Origin: Solirubrobacterales bacterium | GTDB taxonomy: Bacteria > Actinomycetota > Thermoleophilia > Solirubrobacterales > 70-9 | NCBI GenBank assembly: GCA_035267205.1 | Contig: DATFLZ010000176.1 | Span: 1 to 59,830, forward strand | Reading direction: 5' to 3' | Length of the DNA stretch: 59,830 bases | Shown here: positions 30,911 to 41,502 of the stretch, piece by piece | Layout: each line of letters opens with the position of its first letter | How positions within the stretch are numbered: position 1 is the first letter of the stretch | The notes under the pieces: generated by a model | Told to the model about the DNA's origin: nothing | What the model saw: the letters and a program-made list of their open reading frames with translations, nothing else | Databases searched by the model: none | Position numbers and translations under genes: made by a program

Positions 30911-33064
30911 ATGTCCTACTTCGTCACCGGCGCCACCGGCTTCATTGGGCGATTCCTAGTCGAGCTGCTGCTCGAGCGCGAGGGCACGATCAACGTGCTC
31001 GTGCGCGAGGGATCCCGCGGGCGGCTCGAGGAGCTGATCAGTCGCTGGGGCGCTGAGGAGGGCAGGATCGTTCCGGTGGTCGGCGACCTCTCTCAGCGCT
31101 ATCTGGGGATCTCCGGCGAGGACATCGATCGGCTGCAGGGCGAGGTCGGGCACTTCTTCCACCTCGCGGCGATCTACGACATGAAGGCCGACGCCGAGTC
31201 ACAGCGAGTCGCGAACGTCGAGGGCACCCGCCACGCGGTTCAGCTCGCCGAGCGCCTCGAGGCCGACCACTTCCACATGGTCAGCTCGATCGCGGCCGCC
31301 GGCCTCTACAAGGGCACCTGGCGCGAGGACATGTTCGACGAGGCGACCGACGTCGACAACCACCCCTACTTCCAGACCAAGCACGAGTCCGAGCGGGTGG
31401 TGCGCGAGGAATGCGACGTGCCGTGGAGGGTCTACCGACCGGGGATCGTCGTCGGCCATTCGGAGACCGGCGAGATGGACAAGGTCGACGGCCCGTACTA
31501 CTTCTTCAAGCTGATCCGCCGGATCCGCCAGGCCGTGCCGAGTTGGGCGCCGATGCCCGGAGTCGGGGGGCGGGAGATCAACATCGTCCCGGTCGACTTC
31601 GTGACCAAGGCGATGGACCACATCGCTCACGAGGACGACCTCGACGGGCGGGCGTTCAGCCTCACGGACCCTGAGCCGCTCAGCGCCGGCGAGGTGATCG
31701 ACGCGTTCGCCCGCGCTGCGCATGCGCCCGAGGCGACGCTGCACGCGCCGCCGGAGATGACCGAGTCGCTCGAGCCGTTGCTTGGCCTGGGCCTCAACGC
31801 GATGCCGTTCGCGAACACGGTGGCCGATGCGGTGCTCGCCGATTTCGGGATCCCTCGGGAGGTTCTCGTTTACCTGCACTACCCGACCCATTTCGACTCG
31901 CGCAACACGCAATCGGCGCTCGAGGGCACCGGGATCACGGTGCCGCCGCTCGAGTCCTACGCGGACAAGCTCTGGGACTACTGGACCCGGCACCTCGACC
32001 CCGACCTCTACCGGGATCGCACGCTGCTGGGCGCCGTGCGTGGGCGAGCGGGTCTGGTAGGCGGGCTGAGCCAGATCATCAGCCAGCAGATCCCCGATGA
32101 GCTGGTCCGCGCGGGCAAGAAGGCCCTGGGCGCCGCGAGTCTGGAGAAGAACGTGGAGGGGCGGACGGTGATGGTCACCGGGGCGTCCTCCGGCATCGGC
32201 AAGGCAACCGCGATGAAGATCGCCGAGGCCGGCGGCATCGTTCTGCTCGTCGCCCGGACCCCCTCCAAGCTCGAGGAGACGCGCGACGCGATCGTCAAGG
32301 GTGGCGGCGAGGCCCACGTGCACCCGTGCGACCTCTCCGACATGGACGACATCGACCGGATGTGCGAGGAGGCGCTCGCGCAGCACGGCCATGTCGACGT
32401 GCTGATCAACAACGCCGGCCGCTCGATCCGGCGCTCGATCGCGCTCAGCTACGACCGCTTCCACGATTTCGAACGGACGATGCAGCTCAACTACTTCGGT
32501 CCGGTGCGTACGATCCTGCGCCTGCTGCCGACGATGCGCGAGGAGCGACTGGGCCAGATCATCAACGTCAGCTCGATCGGCGTGCAGACGAACATGCCGC
32601 GGTTCTCGGCGTACGTCGCGTCCAAGTCGGCGCTCGACGCGTTCAGCCGCTGCATCGCCTCCGAGATCGTCGACGACGGGATCAACGTCACGACCGTCCA
32701 CATGCCGCTCGTACGGACGCCGATGATCGCGCCGACGAGGATGTATGACAAGTTCCCGACGATCACTCCGGACGAGGCCGCGGACATGCTCTGCGACGCG
32801 ATCGTCTACCAGCCGAAGCGGATCGCGACCCCGGTCGGCACGATCGGACAGATCCTCTACGCGATCAACCCGAAGTCGATGGACTACATCCTCAACTCGG
32901 CGTACCACATGTTCCCGGACTCAACCGCGGCGAAGAAGGGGAAGAAGACGGCACCGACCGAGGGTGGCGACAAGGACGCCCCGCCGCAGACCTACCCCGA
33001 GGACGAGCAGGCAACGGCACAGCAGATCGCGTTCGCCTACCTGATGCGCGGCGTGCACTGGTAG
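30911..33064 (+). CDS. Two-domain fatty acyl-CoA reductase-like enzyme (NAD_binding_4/thioester-reductase domain + SDR domain; AcrA1/Maqu_2507-like architecture)
   Basis: 717 aa. N-terminus YFVTGATGFIGRFLV...VSSIAAAG...YFQTK. C-terminal SDR VMVTGASSGIGKATA...NNAG...YVASK. SD GGAGGAGAG upstream. Confidence 0.9.
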   Translation: MSYFVTGATGFIGRFLVELLLEREGTINVLVREGSRGRLEELISRWGAEEGRIVPVVGDLSQRYLGISGEDIDRLQGEVGHFFHLAAIYDMKADAESQRVANVEGTRHAVQLAERLEADHFHMVSSIAAAGLYKGTWREDMFDEATDVDNHPYFQTKHESERVVREECDVPWRVYRPGIVVGHSETGEMDKVDGPYYFFKLIRRIRQAVPSWAPMPGVGGREINIVPVDFVTKAMDHIAHEDDLDGRAFSLTDPEPLSAGEVIDAFARAAHAPEATLHAPPEMTESLEPLLGLGLNAMPFANTVADAVLADFGIPREVLVYLHYPTHFDSRNTQSALEGTGITVPPLESYADKLWDYWTRHLDPDLYRDRTLLGAVRGRAGLVGGLSQIISQQIPDELVRAGKKALGAASLEKNVEGRTVMVTGASSGIGKATAMKIAEAGGIVLLVARTPSKLEETRDAIVKGGGEAHVHPCDLSDMDDIDRMCEEALAQHGHVDVLINNAGRSIRRSIALSYDRFHDFERTMQLNYFGPVRTILRLLPTMREERLGQIINVSSIGVQTNMPRFSAYVASKSALDAFSRCIASEIVDDGINVTTVHMPLVRTPMIAPTRMYDKFPTITPDEAADMLCDAIVYQPKRIATPVGTIGQILYAINPKSMDYILNSAYHMFPDSTAAKKGKKTAPTEGGDKDAPPQTYPEDEQATAQQIAFAYLMRGVHW

Positions 33065-33108
33065 CCCCTGCGCCCGCGCCGGCGCCAGCCGCCGGAGCCC
33101 TTCCGCAG

Positions 33109-33330
33109 CTAGTGAACGCGCGCCGCCCGGCGCGCCCGCGCCTCGCTGATCCCCGACCAGCCGACGTCGAATGCGAGCGCCTGGGCGAAGCGCACCGTGC
33201 GCGCCGACACCTTGCGGGGCTTGAAGTCGCGATCGACCAGTTCGGGGAGCGTGACCATCGACTGCTCGAGCTCGCTCTGGACGGCGATCACCTGCCGCCA
33301 GCGCGAATCGCTTGACTGCGTTCTCTCCAT
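33109..33330 (-). CDS. Hypothetical protein (73 aa)
   Basis: About 90% GC3 on the minus strand versus about 72% for the overlapping plus-strand ORF. No recognisable domain. Confidence 0.45.
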   Translation of the reverse strand: MERTQSSDSRWRQVIAVQSELEQSMVTLPELVDRDFKPRKVSARTVRFAQALAFDVGWSGISEARARRAARVH

Positions 33331-33394
33331 CCTCGGTCCCTTCTGGTTGAAAGCACGTCCAGAACGGCCTCCAGAGTAGGGATCGTGTCGGTCG

Positions 33395-34375
33395 TCACGA
33401 GAGCGACGGCCTCAACATGCCTTGCTCTCGTAGCCAGGCCTCGGTCCGTCGCATGCCCTCGTCCAGGTCGACCGCCGGCTCGTAGTCGAGCAGGCGGCGC
33501 GCCTTGTCGATCGAGTAGGTGCCGGTGCGCGTGAAGTAACGCATCGACTCGCGGCTGATCTCGGTGGGGCTGCCGCTCACGCGGGCTGCCGCCTCCGGTC
33601 CGGCGACGAGCGCGAGCGCGATCGGCGTCGGAAGGCAGCGCGGCCCGCGGCGGCCGAGCATCCGGTAGTAGCGGCCGAAGAACTCCTTGCAGCTGACGCC
33701 GACCCCGTCGCTGATCGTGAAGATCTCACCGGCTCCCTTCGGGTCTGCGGCGGCCAGCAGGACGCCGTCGACGAGGTTGTCAATGTAGGCGGGGCTGAAT
33801 ACCCCCTTGCCCATCGCGGGGAGCAGGAACTGCCGCTTGTGGATTGCCTCGAGGACCAGGATGGTCCAGGGACGCGACCCGGGGCCGTAGACGTCTCCCG
33901 GCCGGATCACCGTGACATCGATCCGGCCCTCCGCGTGAGCCTGGAGCGCGACCTGCTCGGAGGCGATCTTGGTGTTGACGTAGACGCTGCTCGAGGGCCG
34001 CACCGGATAGTCCTCGCCGACGCCGTCGGGGAACTCCGTGTCGCTGAACGCGCGGACGGAGGAGAAGTGGACGAAGCGTCTCGCTCCGGCGGCGGCCGCA
34101 GCGTCGATCGCATGCTTGGTGCCGAGTACGTTGACTCTCCAGCCGAAGTCCTGGCGAGCTGAATTGGTGACGGCCGCTGCGGTGTGGATCACCGTCTCGG
34201 AGCCCTCCGCGGCCGCCTGCCAGCCCCCCGGCTCGGTGATGTCTCCGGCGACGATCCCCGTGCCCCTGTCGGCTTGCATGTCGATCCCGGTCACCTCGAG
34301 GCCGTCCTCGCGAAGGCGCTCGGCGAGCCGGCGGCCGATGAAGCCTGCGGCGCCCGTGATGGTGACCCGCTCCAT
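33395..34375 (-). CDS. NAD-dependent epimerase/dehydratase (extended SDR, 3-beta-HSD-like)
   Basis: 326 aa with ITGAAGFIGRRL Rossmann motif and YVNTK catalytic motif. Confidence 0.9.
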   Translation of the reverse strand: MERVTITGAAGFIGRRLAERLREDGLEVTGIDMQADRGTGIVAGDITEPGGWQAAAEGSETVIHTAAAVTNSARQDFGWRVNVLGTKHAIDAAAAAGARRFVHFSSVRAFSDTEFPDGVGEDYPVRPSSSVYVNTKIASEQVALQAHAEGRIDVTVIRPGDVYGPGSRPWTILVLEAIHKRQFLLPAMGKGVFSPAYIDNLVDGVLLAAADPKGAGEIFTISDGVGVSCKEFFGRYYRMLGRRGPRCLPTPIALALVAGPEAAARVSGSPTEISRESMRYFTRTGTYSIDKARRLLDYEPAVDLDEGMRRTEAWLREQGMLRPSLS

Positions 34376-34438
34376 TCGCCTAGCATTACACGAGTGCGTG
34401 CAAGCGTCAGAGCGCCGGAGACCGAGTCAAGCGCCGCG

Positions 34439-35368
34439 GTGGACACCGGCCGGCCCCTGAGGCTCGGCGACGTTCCCGTCTCCGAGATCGAGCTGCACGG
34501 CCATCGCGTGACCTATCGCGAGGTCGGCGACGGCCCGATCCTCGTCCTGATCCACGGGGTCACGGGCAACATGGAGACCTGGGACCGCGCGCTCCCGTGG
34601 CTCGCCGATCGTTTTACCGTCGTGACGCCGGATCTGCTCGGCCACGGCCGCTCGGCGAAGCCCCGGGGCGACTACTCGCTCGGCGCCTATGCCGCCGGAA
34701 TCCGGGATCTGCTCGGCGCGCTCGGCCACTTCAAGGCGACGGTCGTCGGACACTCGCTCGGCGGCGGGATCGCGATGCAGATGGCCTACCAGTTCCCCGA
34801 GCACTGCGAGCGCCTCGTGCTCGTCTGCAGCGGTGGCCTCGGCGAGGAGGTCTCGATCGCCCTCCGGGCGGCGACGCTGCCGGGCTCCGAACTGGTGATC
34901 CCGCTGATCGCCCACAACTCCGTGATCGAGGCGGGCCGCAAGATCGGCAATGTGCTCGACGCCGTCGGCCTCGGGGTCAGCCCGGACAAGGCCGAGGTGG
35001 CTCGCGGCTACGCCTCACTCTCCGAGCCCGGGGCCAGGCGTGCCTTCATTCACACCATGCGCGGGGTCCTCGATCACAGCGGCCAACGCGTCTCCGCCCG
35101 CGACCGGTTGTACCTGACCCGGGCGGTTCCGTCGATGCTGCTGTGGGGCGCCAACGATCCGATCATCCCCGTCCGGCACGGCGAGCGCGCGCACGAGGAG
35201 ATGCCGGGCAGCCGGCTCGAGGTCTTCGAGGCCGCCGGTCACTTCCCGCACGTCAGCGAGCCGCGCCGCTTCGCTCGCAAGCTGACCGAGTTCATCGAGT
35301 CCACCGACCCCGCGGAGCTCAGCAACGAGGACATGCGCGAGCTGCTCGTCCAAGGCCGCCCGGACTGA
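34439..35368 (+). CDS. Alpha/beta-fold hydrolase
   Basis: HGVTGN oxyanion region, GHSLGG nucleophile elbow, C-terminal GHFPH. The GTG at 34439 was chosen because the ORF-track ATG 34184 would overlap the divergent epimerase gene. GTG 34394 is an alternative. Confidence 0.85.
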   Translation: MDTGRPLRLGDVPVSEIELHGHRVTYREVGDGPILVLIHGVTGNMETWDRALPWLADRFTVVTPDLLGHGRSAKPRGDYSLGAYAAGIRDLLGALGHFKATVVGHSLGGGIAMQMAYQFPEHCERLVLVCSGGLGEEVSIALRAATLPGSELVIPLIAHNSVIEAGRKIGNVLDAVGLGVSPDKAEVARGYASLSEPGARRAFIHTMRGVLDHSGQRVSARDRLYLTRAVPSMLLWGANDPIIPVRHGERAHEEMPGSRLEVFEAAGHFPHVSEPRRFARKLTEFIESTDPAELSNEDMRELLVQGRPD

Positions 35369-35481
35369 GCTTCCACCTCGGCGCTTCGCCGCACTAGGCT
35401 GCGCTGATCGCTGAGCGACGCCGCAAGCACTGGGGATGGGGCTGGGAGGACGAGCAGCCCGATCGCGCGGCGCTCGAGACG

Positions 35482-37035
35482 ATGGTTCCGCTGGTGCGGG
35501 AGCGTCTGGGTTTCGACGTCGACCGGGTCGAGGAGCCGATGCCGTTGGAGGAGGTCGAGCTGGCCCCGTCGCGGCTCGGCCCGCCGGACGAGCTCGCCGA
35601 CCTGATCAGCGATCAGCGCCACGCTCGGCTCTCACATGCGATGGGCAAGGCCTACCGCGACGTGGTCAGGGGTTTCCGCGGGGTCTACGAGCGCACTCCG
35701 GATCTCGTCGCGAGGCCGGCGGACGAGGAGGACCTGCGCCGGGTTCTGGAGTGGTGTGAGCAGAAGCGGCTGGCGGTCATCCCCTACGGCGGCGGCACCA
35801 GCGTTGTCGGCGGGGTCGAGCCGCGGGTCGGGCACGGCTACCGGGGAACCTTGTGCGTCGATCTCGGCCACCTCGACCGGGTGCTCGAGGTCGACGAGGC
35901 CTCGATGGCCGCCCGCATCCAGGGCGGCGCGACCGGACCCGGTCTCGAGGCGCAGCTCGCCGAGCGCGGGCTGACGCTGCGGCACTACCCGCAGTCGTTC
36001 GAGTTCTCGACCCTCGGCGGCTGGATCGCGACCCGGGCCGGCGGCCACTTCGCGACGCTCTACACCCATATCGATGATCTCGTCGAGTCGGTGCGCGCGC
36101 TGACCCCCACGGGTGTCTGGGAGAGCCGCCGGGTGCCGGGCTCCGGAGCCGGGCCGAGCCCGGACCGGATGCTGATCGGCTCCGAGGGGATCCTCGGCCT
36201 GATCACCGAGGCCTGGGTGCGCGTCCGCCCGAGGCCGACACAAAAACAGAGCTGCGTCGTCGAGTTCGAGGATTTCCACGCCGGCGCGGAAGCGGTCCGC
36301 GCGCTGAGCCGGTCGGGTCTGAATCCTGCCAACTGCCGGCTACTCGACCCGCTCGAGGCGCTGACCACCGGCGCGGGGGATGGGTCCGCCGCACTCCTGA
36401 TCATCGGATTCGAGTCGGCCTTCGGGCCAGTGGATGGGGCCATGGCGCAGGCGGTCGACTGCGCGAAGGATCATGGGGGCGCCGCACAGCCGGTGCGAGG
36501 GGCAGGTAGTAGCGACGGGGGAGGGAGTGGCGACCCTGCGGCCAGCTGGCGGGACGCGTTTCTGCGGGCGCCGTATCTGCGTGACTCGCTCGTGTCCCTC
36601 GGCGTGCTGAGCGAGACCTTCGAGACGGCGGTGACCTGGGACCGGTTCGGCGAGCTCCACTCGGTCGTGATGGAGGCGGCACGACGGGCCGTCGCCGACG
36701 TCGTCGACGCCCCGGCTGACGGCGAGGGCGCGCCGCGGATCTCCTGCCGGTTCACCCACGTCTACCCCGACGGTCCCGCCCCCTACTTCACCGTCCTGGC
36801 GCCGGCTCGGCGCGGCTCAGAGGTCGAGCAGTGGGACGAGATCAAGGCGGCCGTCTCGGAGGCGCTGATCGCCGCCGGCGGCACGATCACGCACCATCAC
36901 GCGGTCGGGAGGGACCACCGGCCCTGGTACGACCTGCAGCGCCCGGATCAGTTCGCCGACGCGCTTCGCGGCGCGAAGGCGGCGGTCGACCCGGCGGGCC
37001 TGATGAATCCGGGCGTGCTGGTCGACTCGGCGTAG
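35482..37035 (+). CDS. FAD-linked oxidase, alkyl-dihydroxyacetonephosphate synthase (AgpS)-like
   Basis: PCMH-type FAD-binding domain (VIPYGGGTSVVGG). C-terminal HHHAVGRDH...MNPGVL. The frame is open upstream to 35398 and encodes KHWGWGWED, so the true start may be a non-canonical codon near 35404. Confidence 0.88.
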   Translation: MVPLVRERLGFDVDRVEEPMPLEEVELAPSRLGPPDELADLISDQRHARLSHAMGKAYRDVVRGFRGVYERTPDLVARPADEEDLRRVLEWCEQKRLAVIPYGGGTSVVGGVEPRVGHGYRGTLCVDLGHLDRVLEVDEASMAARIQGGATGPGLEAQLAERGLTLRHYPQSFEFSTLGGWIATRAGGHFATLYTHIDDLVESVRALTPTGVWESRRVPGSGAGPSPDRMLIGSEGILGLITEAWVRVRPRPTQKQSCVVEFEDFHAGAEAVRALSRSGLNPANCRLLDPLEALTTGAGDGSAALLIIGFESAFGPVDGAMAQAVDCAKDHGGAAQPVRGAGSSDGGGSGDPAASWRDAFLRAPYLRDSLVSLGVLSETFETAVTWDRFGELHSVVMEAARRAVADVVDAPADGEGAPRISCRFTHVYPDGPAPYFTVLAPARRGSEVEQWDEIKAAVSEALIAAGGTITHHHAVGRDHRPWYDLQRPDQFADALRGAKAAVDPAGLMNPGVLVDSA

Positions 37036-37146
37036 GGGCGCTCTGCCGCGGAGCGGCTCCGGTAGATTCCTGGTTGACCGACCAGTCAATCAGCGGCGGG
37101 CCGCCGGGGCGAGGGCGGCGTTGCGGTGCGAGCGAGGAGGAAGAGC

Positions 37147-38286
37147 GTGGATCTGACCCTGACCGACGAAGAGGAGACGTTCCGCGACGAAGTCCGGACC
37201 TGGCTCTCTGAGAACCATCCGGGAGACGAGCCCGACGGCGACGACACCGCCAAGTGGGAGTTCTCGGTGGACTGGCAGCGCAAGATGCACGCCGATGGCT
37301 GGGCCGGAGTGGCGTGGCCCAAGGAGTACGGCGGCCGCGGGGCGAGCCTTCTCGAGCAGACGATCTTCTACAGCGAGATGGCCGAGGCGAACGTGCCGAG
37401 GCCGGCCAACATCCTCGGCCTGGTGATGGGTGGACCGGTGGTCATGGCGCACGGCGACGAGAGCCAGAGAGAGCGCTTCCTCGAGCCCATTCTGTCGGCC
37501 GAGGAGATCTGGTGCCAGGGTTTCTCCGAGCCCGAGTCCGGCTCCGATCTCGCCTCGCTGAAGACCAAGGCCGTCAAGGACGGCGATGGCTGGCGGATCA
37601 ACGGCCAGAAGGTCTGGACGACGCTCGGCCACGTGGCAAAGTGGTGCATGCTCGTTGCCCGCTCCGACTTCGACGCTCCCAAGCACAAGGGTCTCACCTA
37701 TTTCATCCTCGACATGGAGCAGGACGGGGTGGAGGTACGGCCGCTGGTTCAGATCACGGGCGAGGCCGAGTTCAACGAGGTCTTCTTCGAGGACGCCTAC
37801 GTTCCCGACGAGAACGTGATCGGCGGCGTCGGCAACGGCTGGAACGTGGCGATCACCACGCTGATGAACGAGCGCGCCGGCCTCGGCGCCTCGGCGGCGG
37901 TCGGGCTGTCGCAGGACCTGCACGCCCTGGTCGAACTGATCAACGAGCGCGGGCTGGGCAACGATCCGCTGATGCGACAGAAGGTCGCCAAGCTTCGGAT
38001 GAGCACCGAGGCCCTGCGCCTCGGCTCGATGCGGTCGCTGACCCAGGTCCTGAAGACCGGGATCCCCGGCCCCGAGGGCTCGATCGCGAAGCTCCAATGG
38101 AGCTCGACGAACCAGGCGCTGACCGAGCTCGCGACCGACGTTCTCGGCGCCGAGGGGCTCGAGAAGGACGATGAGTGGACGTACAAGATGCTCCGCTCGC
38201 GCGCCAACTCGATCGAGGGCGGCACCACCGAGGTGCTCAAGAACATCGTTGCCGAGCGTGTGCTCGGCCTGCCGAAGCTGCGATAG
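37147..38286 (+). CDS. Acyl-CoA dehydrogenase (probable catalytic subunit)
   Basis: GTG at 37147 after GAGGAGGAAGAGC. ACAD N/M/C domains. The C-terminal IEGGTTEVLKNIVAE retains the catalytic-Glu position. Confidence 0.9.
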   Translation: MDLTLTDEEETFRDEVRTWLSENHPGDEPDGDDTAKWEFSVDWQRKMHADGWAGVAWPKEYGGRGASLLEQTIFYSEMAEANVPRPANILGLVMGGPVVMAHGDESQRERFLEPILSAEEIWCQGFSEPESGSDLASLKTKAVKDGDGWRINGQKVWTTLGHVAKWCMLVARSDFDAPKHKGLTYFILDMEQDGVEVRPLVQITGEAEFNEVFFEDAYVPDENVIGGVGNGWNVAITTLMNERAGLGASAAVGLSQDLHALVELINERGLGNDPLMRQKVAKLRMSTEALRLGSMRSLTQVLKTGIPGPEGSIAKLQWSSTNQALTELATDVLGAEGLEKDDEWTYKMLRSRANSIEGGTTEVLKNIVAERVLGLPKLR

Positions 38287-38296
38287 GAGAACTGAG

Positions 38297-39286
38297 ATGA
38301 ATTTCGGATTCAACGACGAGCAGACCGAGATCAAGAGCACGGCTCGCCAGTTCCTGGAGAACCGGTTCAAGCCGTCCGTGGTTCGCGAGCTGGCCGAGGC
38401 GGGCCGCTACGACGAGGGCCTATGGAAGGAGATCTGCGAGCTCGGCTGGGCCGGGATCGCGCTCGACGACGAGCACGGCGGTCAGGGCCTGGGCATGGTC
38501 GAGCTGGTGATCCTCTGTGAGGAGCTCGGCTACGCCTGCGCGCCGACACCATTCCTCGCCAACGCCTGCGCCGGGCTGGCGCTCGAGTGGGCGGGCTCCG
38601 ACGCACAGCAGGAGGGCCTCGCCGGCATCGCCGCCGGCGACGCGCGCGGGGCCGTCGGCAGCCCGGAGGCGTTCATCGACGCCGAGGGCGCCGCGGTGCC
38701 GATCGTCTTCGACGAGGATGGCGCTCGGATCCTCGACCCCGACTCGATGTCGTTCGAGCGCATCGACGCGATCGATCAGACGCGGGGATACTCGAAGCCT
38801 TCGTCGGTCGACGGCGAGCCGCTGCCGGGTGACGTCGATGCCGCCTCTCAGCGAATCTGCGTGGCCGCCGCCGCCGAGCTCGTCGGGATCGGCCAGCGCG
38901 CGCTCGACATGGCCGTCGAGTACGCGAAGGACCGGCACCAGTTCGAGCGCCCGATCGGCGCCTACCAGGCCGTCTCGCACAACTGCGCCGGCATGCTCTA
39001 TGACGTCGAGGAGGCCCGTTCGCTCACCTATTACGCCGCCTGGGCTGCCGACGCCCAGCCCGAGTCGCTCCCGATGGCGGCGGCGATGGCCAAGGCGCGT
39101 GCTTCCGATGCAGCGTGGGAGATCACCAAGGCGTCGCTTCAGGTCCATGCGGGCATCGGGTTCACCTGGGAGCACGACCTGCACTTCCTGCTCAAGCGGG
39201 CCAGAGCGGGCGCGCAGCTGTTCGGGACGGCTGCTCAGCACCGGGACCGGGTCGCGGGGCTCGCCGGGATGGGCAGCGGGAACTGA
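38297..39286 (+). CDS. Acyl-CoA dehydrogenase-family protein (shorter; lacks the C-terminal catalytic motif)
   Basis: ATG at 38297 after AGGAGAACTGAG. 329 aa with ACAD fold blocks (FERPIGAYQAVSH), but no (Y/I)EG(T/G) motif near the C-terminus. Confidence 0.85.
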   Translation: MNFGFNDEQTEIKSTARQFLENRFKPSVVRELAEAGRYDEGLWKEICELGWAGIALDDEHGGQGLGMVELVILCEELGYACAPTPFLANACAGLALEWAGSDAQQEGLAGIAAGDARGAVGSPEAFIDAEGAAVPIVFDEDGARILDPDSMSFERIDAIDQTRGYSKPSSVDGEPLPGDVDAASQRICVAAAAELVGIGQRALDMAVEYAKDRHQFERPIGAYQAVSHNCAGMLYDVEEARSLTYYAAWAADAQPESLPMAAAMAKARASDAAWEITKASLQVHAGIGFTWEHDLHFLLKRARAGAQLFGTAAQHRDRVAGLAGMGSGN

Positions 39287-39301
39287 TTCCCGCGCTCATC
39301 G

Positions 39302-39646
39302 CTAGTCCCCCGTGACCTCGAGATCGGACGCGAGGTGCGCCTTTCCACCGAGCCGGTACTCGACGTCGACGGTCTCGTTCTTTCGATACGTGCCGAAGAG
39401 CCCGATCGCCATCGAAAGCCAGCGCAGCCCGCCGACCTTGCCCTCCTTGACGATCGGCTCGTGGAAGAGCACGCCCTCCTCGTCGAGCACGTAGTCCTCG
39501 CCCTCCGCCTGCTCGACGCCGTTGATATAGACGCGGATCGGAGCCGTCGCGCCTCGCGGCAGTTGGACTCGACGGCCGACCTCGACGCCCTCGCCGTCGG
39601 TGGCGGCGTGGCCGCGCCTGCTCGTCTCAGCAGCATCCTTCGACAT
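39302..39646 (-). CDS. Hypothetical protein (114 aa)
   Basis: Good coding bias. Ends in a possible TM or amphipathic stretch (LRWLSMAIGLFG). No family recognised. Confidence 0.6.
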   Translation of the reverse strand: MSKDAAETSRRGHAATDGEGVEVGRRVQLPRGATAPIRVYINGVEQAEGEDYVLDEEGVLFHEPIVKEGKVGGLRWLSMAIGLFGTYRKNETVDVEYRLGGKAHLASDLEVTGD

Positions 39647-39651
39647 CGCGC

Positions 39652-39996
39652 CTATTCTCGCAGCGCATCGGCGACGGCATCGTCGTAGGCGATCCCGTCG
39701 GGTGGGTCGAGGTGGCTCTTGAAGGCGCCGCCGCGGTAGGGAACGACCGCGCCGTCGCCCATCAGGTCGACCCCCGCCTCGCGTCGCCGGAACACCTTTC
39801 CCGTCGAAATCTCGAGGCGGGCCTTGACCCGCTGTCCCGGCTGGAACTCGCGCAGCATCTTCACCGTCGGCAGGTTGCCCTCGGCGCGGATCGCCTCGAC
39901 CCCCGCGCGCAGCGCGGCGAGCGCCTCCTCGAGGCTGTCGTGGTCGGTGCGGGTTACCCGAGGCCCGTTGCGGATCGTCAGTCGGTACTCAGCCAC
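39652..39996 (-). CDS. Hypothetical protein (114 aa)
   Basis: GTG at 39996, 11 nt after the citrate synthase stop. The longer ORF-track version would overlap gltA. No family recognised. Confidence 0.55.
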   Translation of the reverse strand: MAEYRLTIRNGPRVTRTDHDSLEEALAALRAGVEAIRAEGNLPTVKMLREFQPGQRVKARLEISTGKVFRRREAGVDLMGDGAVVPYRGGAFKSHLDPPDGIAYDDAVADALRE

Positions 39997-40007
39997 CGAG
40001 CGAGCCG

Positions 40008-41366
<1,359 letters not shown>

Positions 41367-41502
41367 TCGGGTCTCCTCTGAGGCTCTGCGGGAAATCGCG
41401 GAGAGCGCAGTATTCCAATGTGGGGCGCTCGGCACCCTCCGGTCTCGGGGATGGCACAGGGCGTGACCCACGCGCGCGCCGACCCCTGGAAGGCTCCTGG
41501 GC

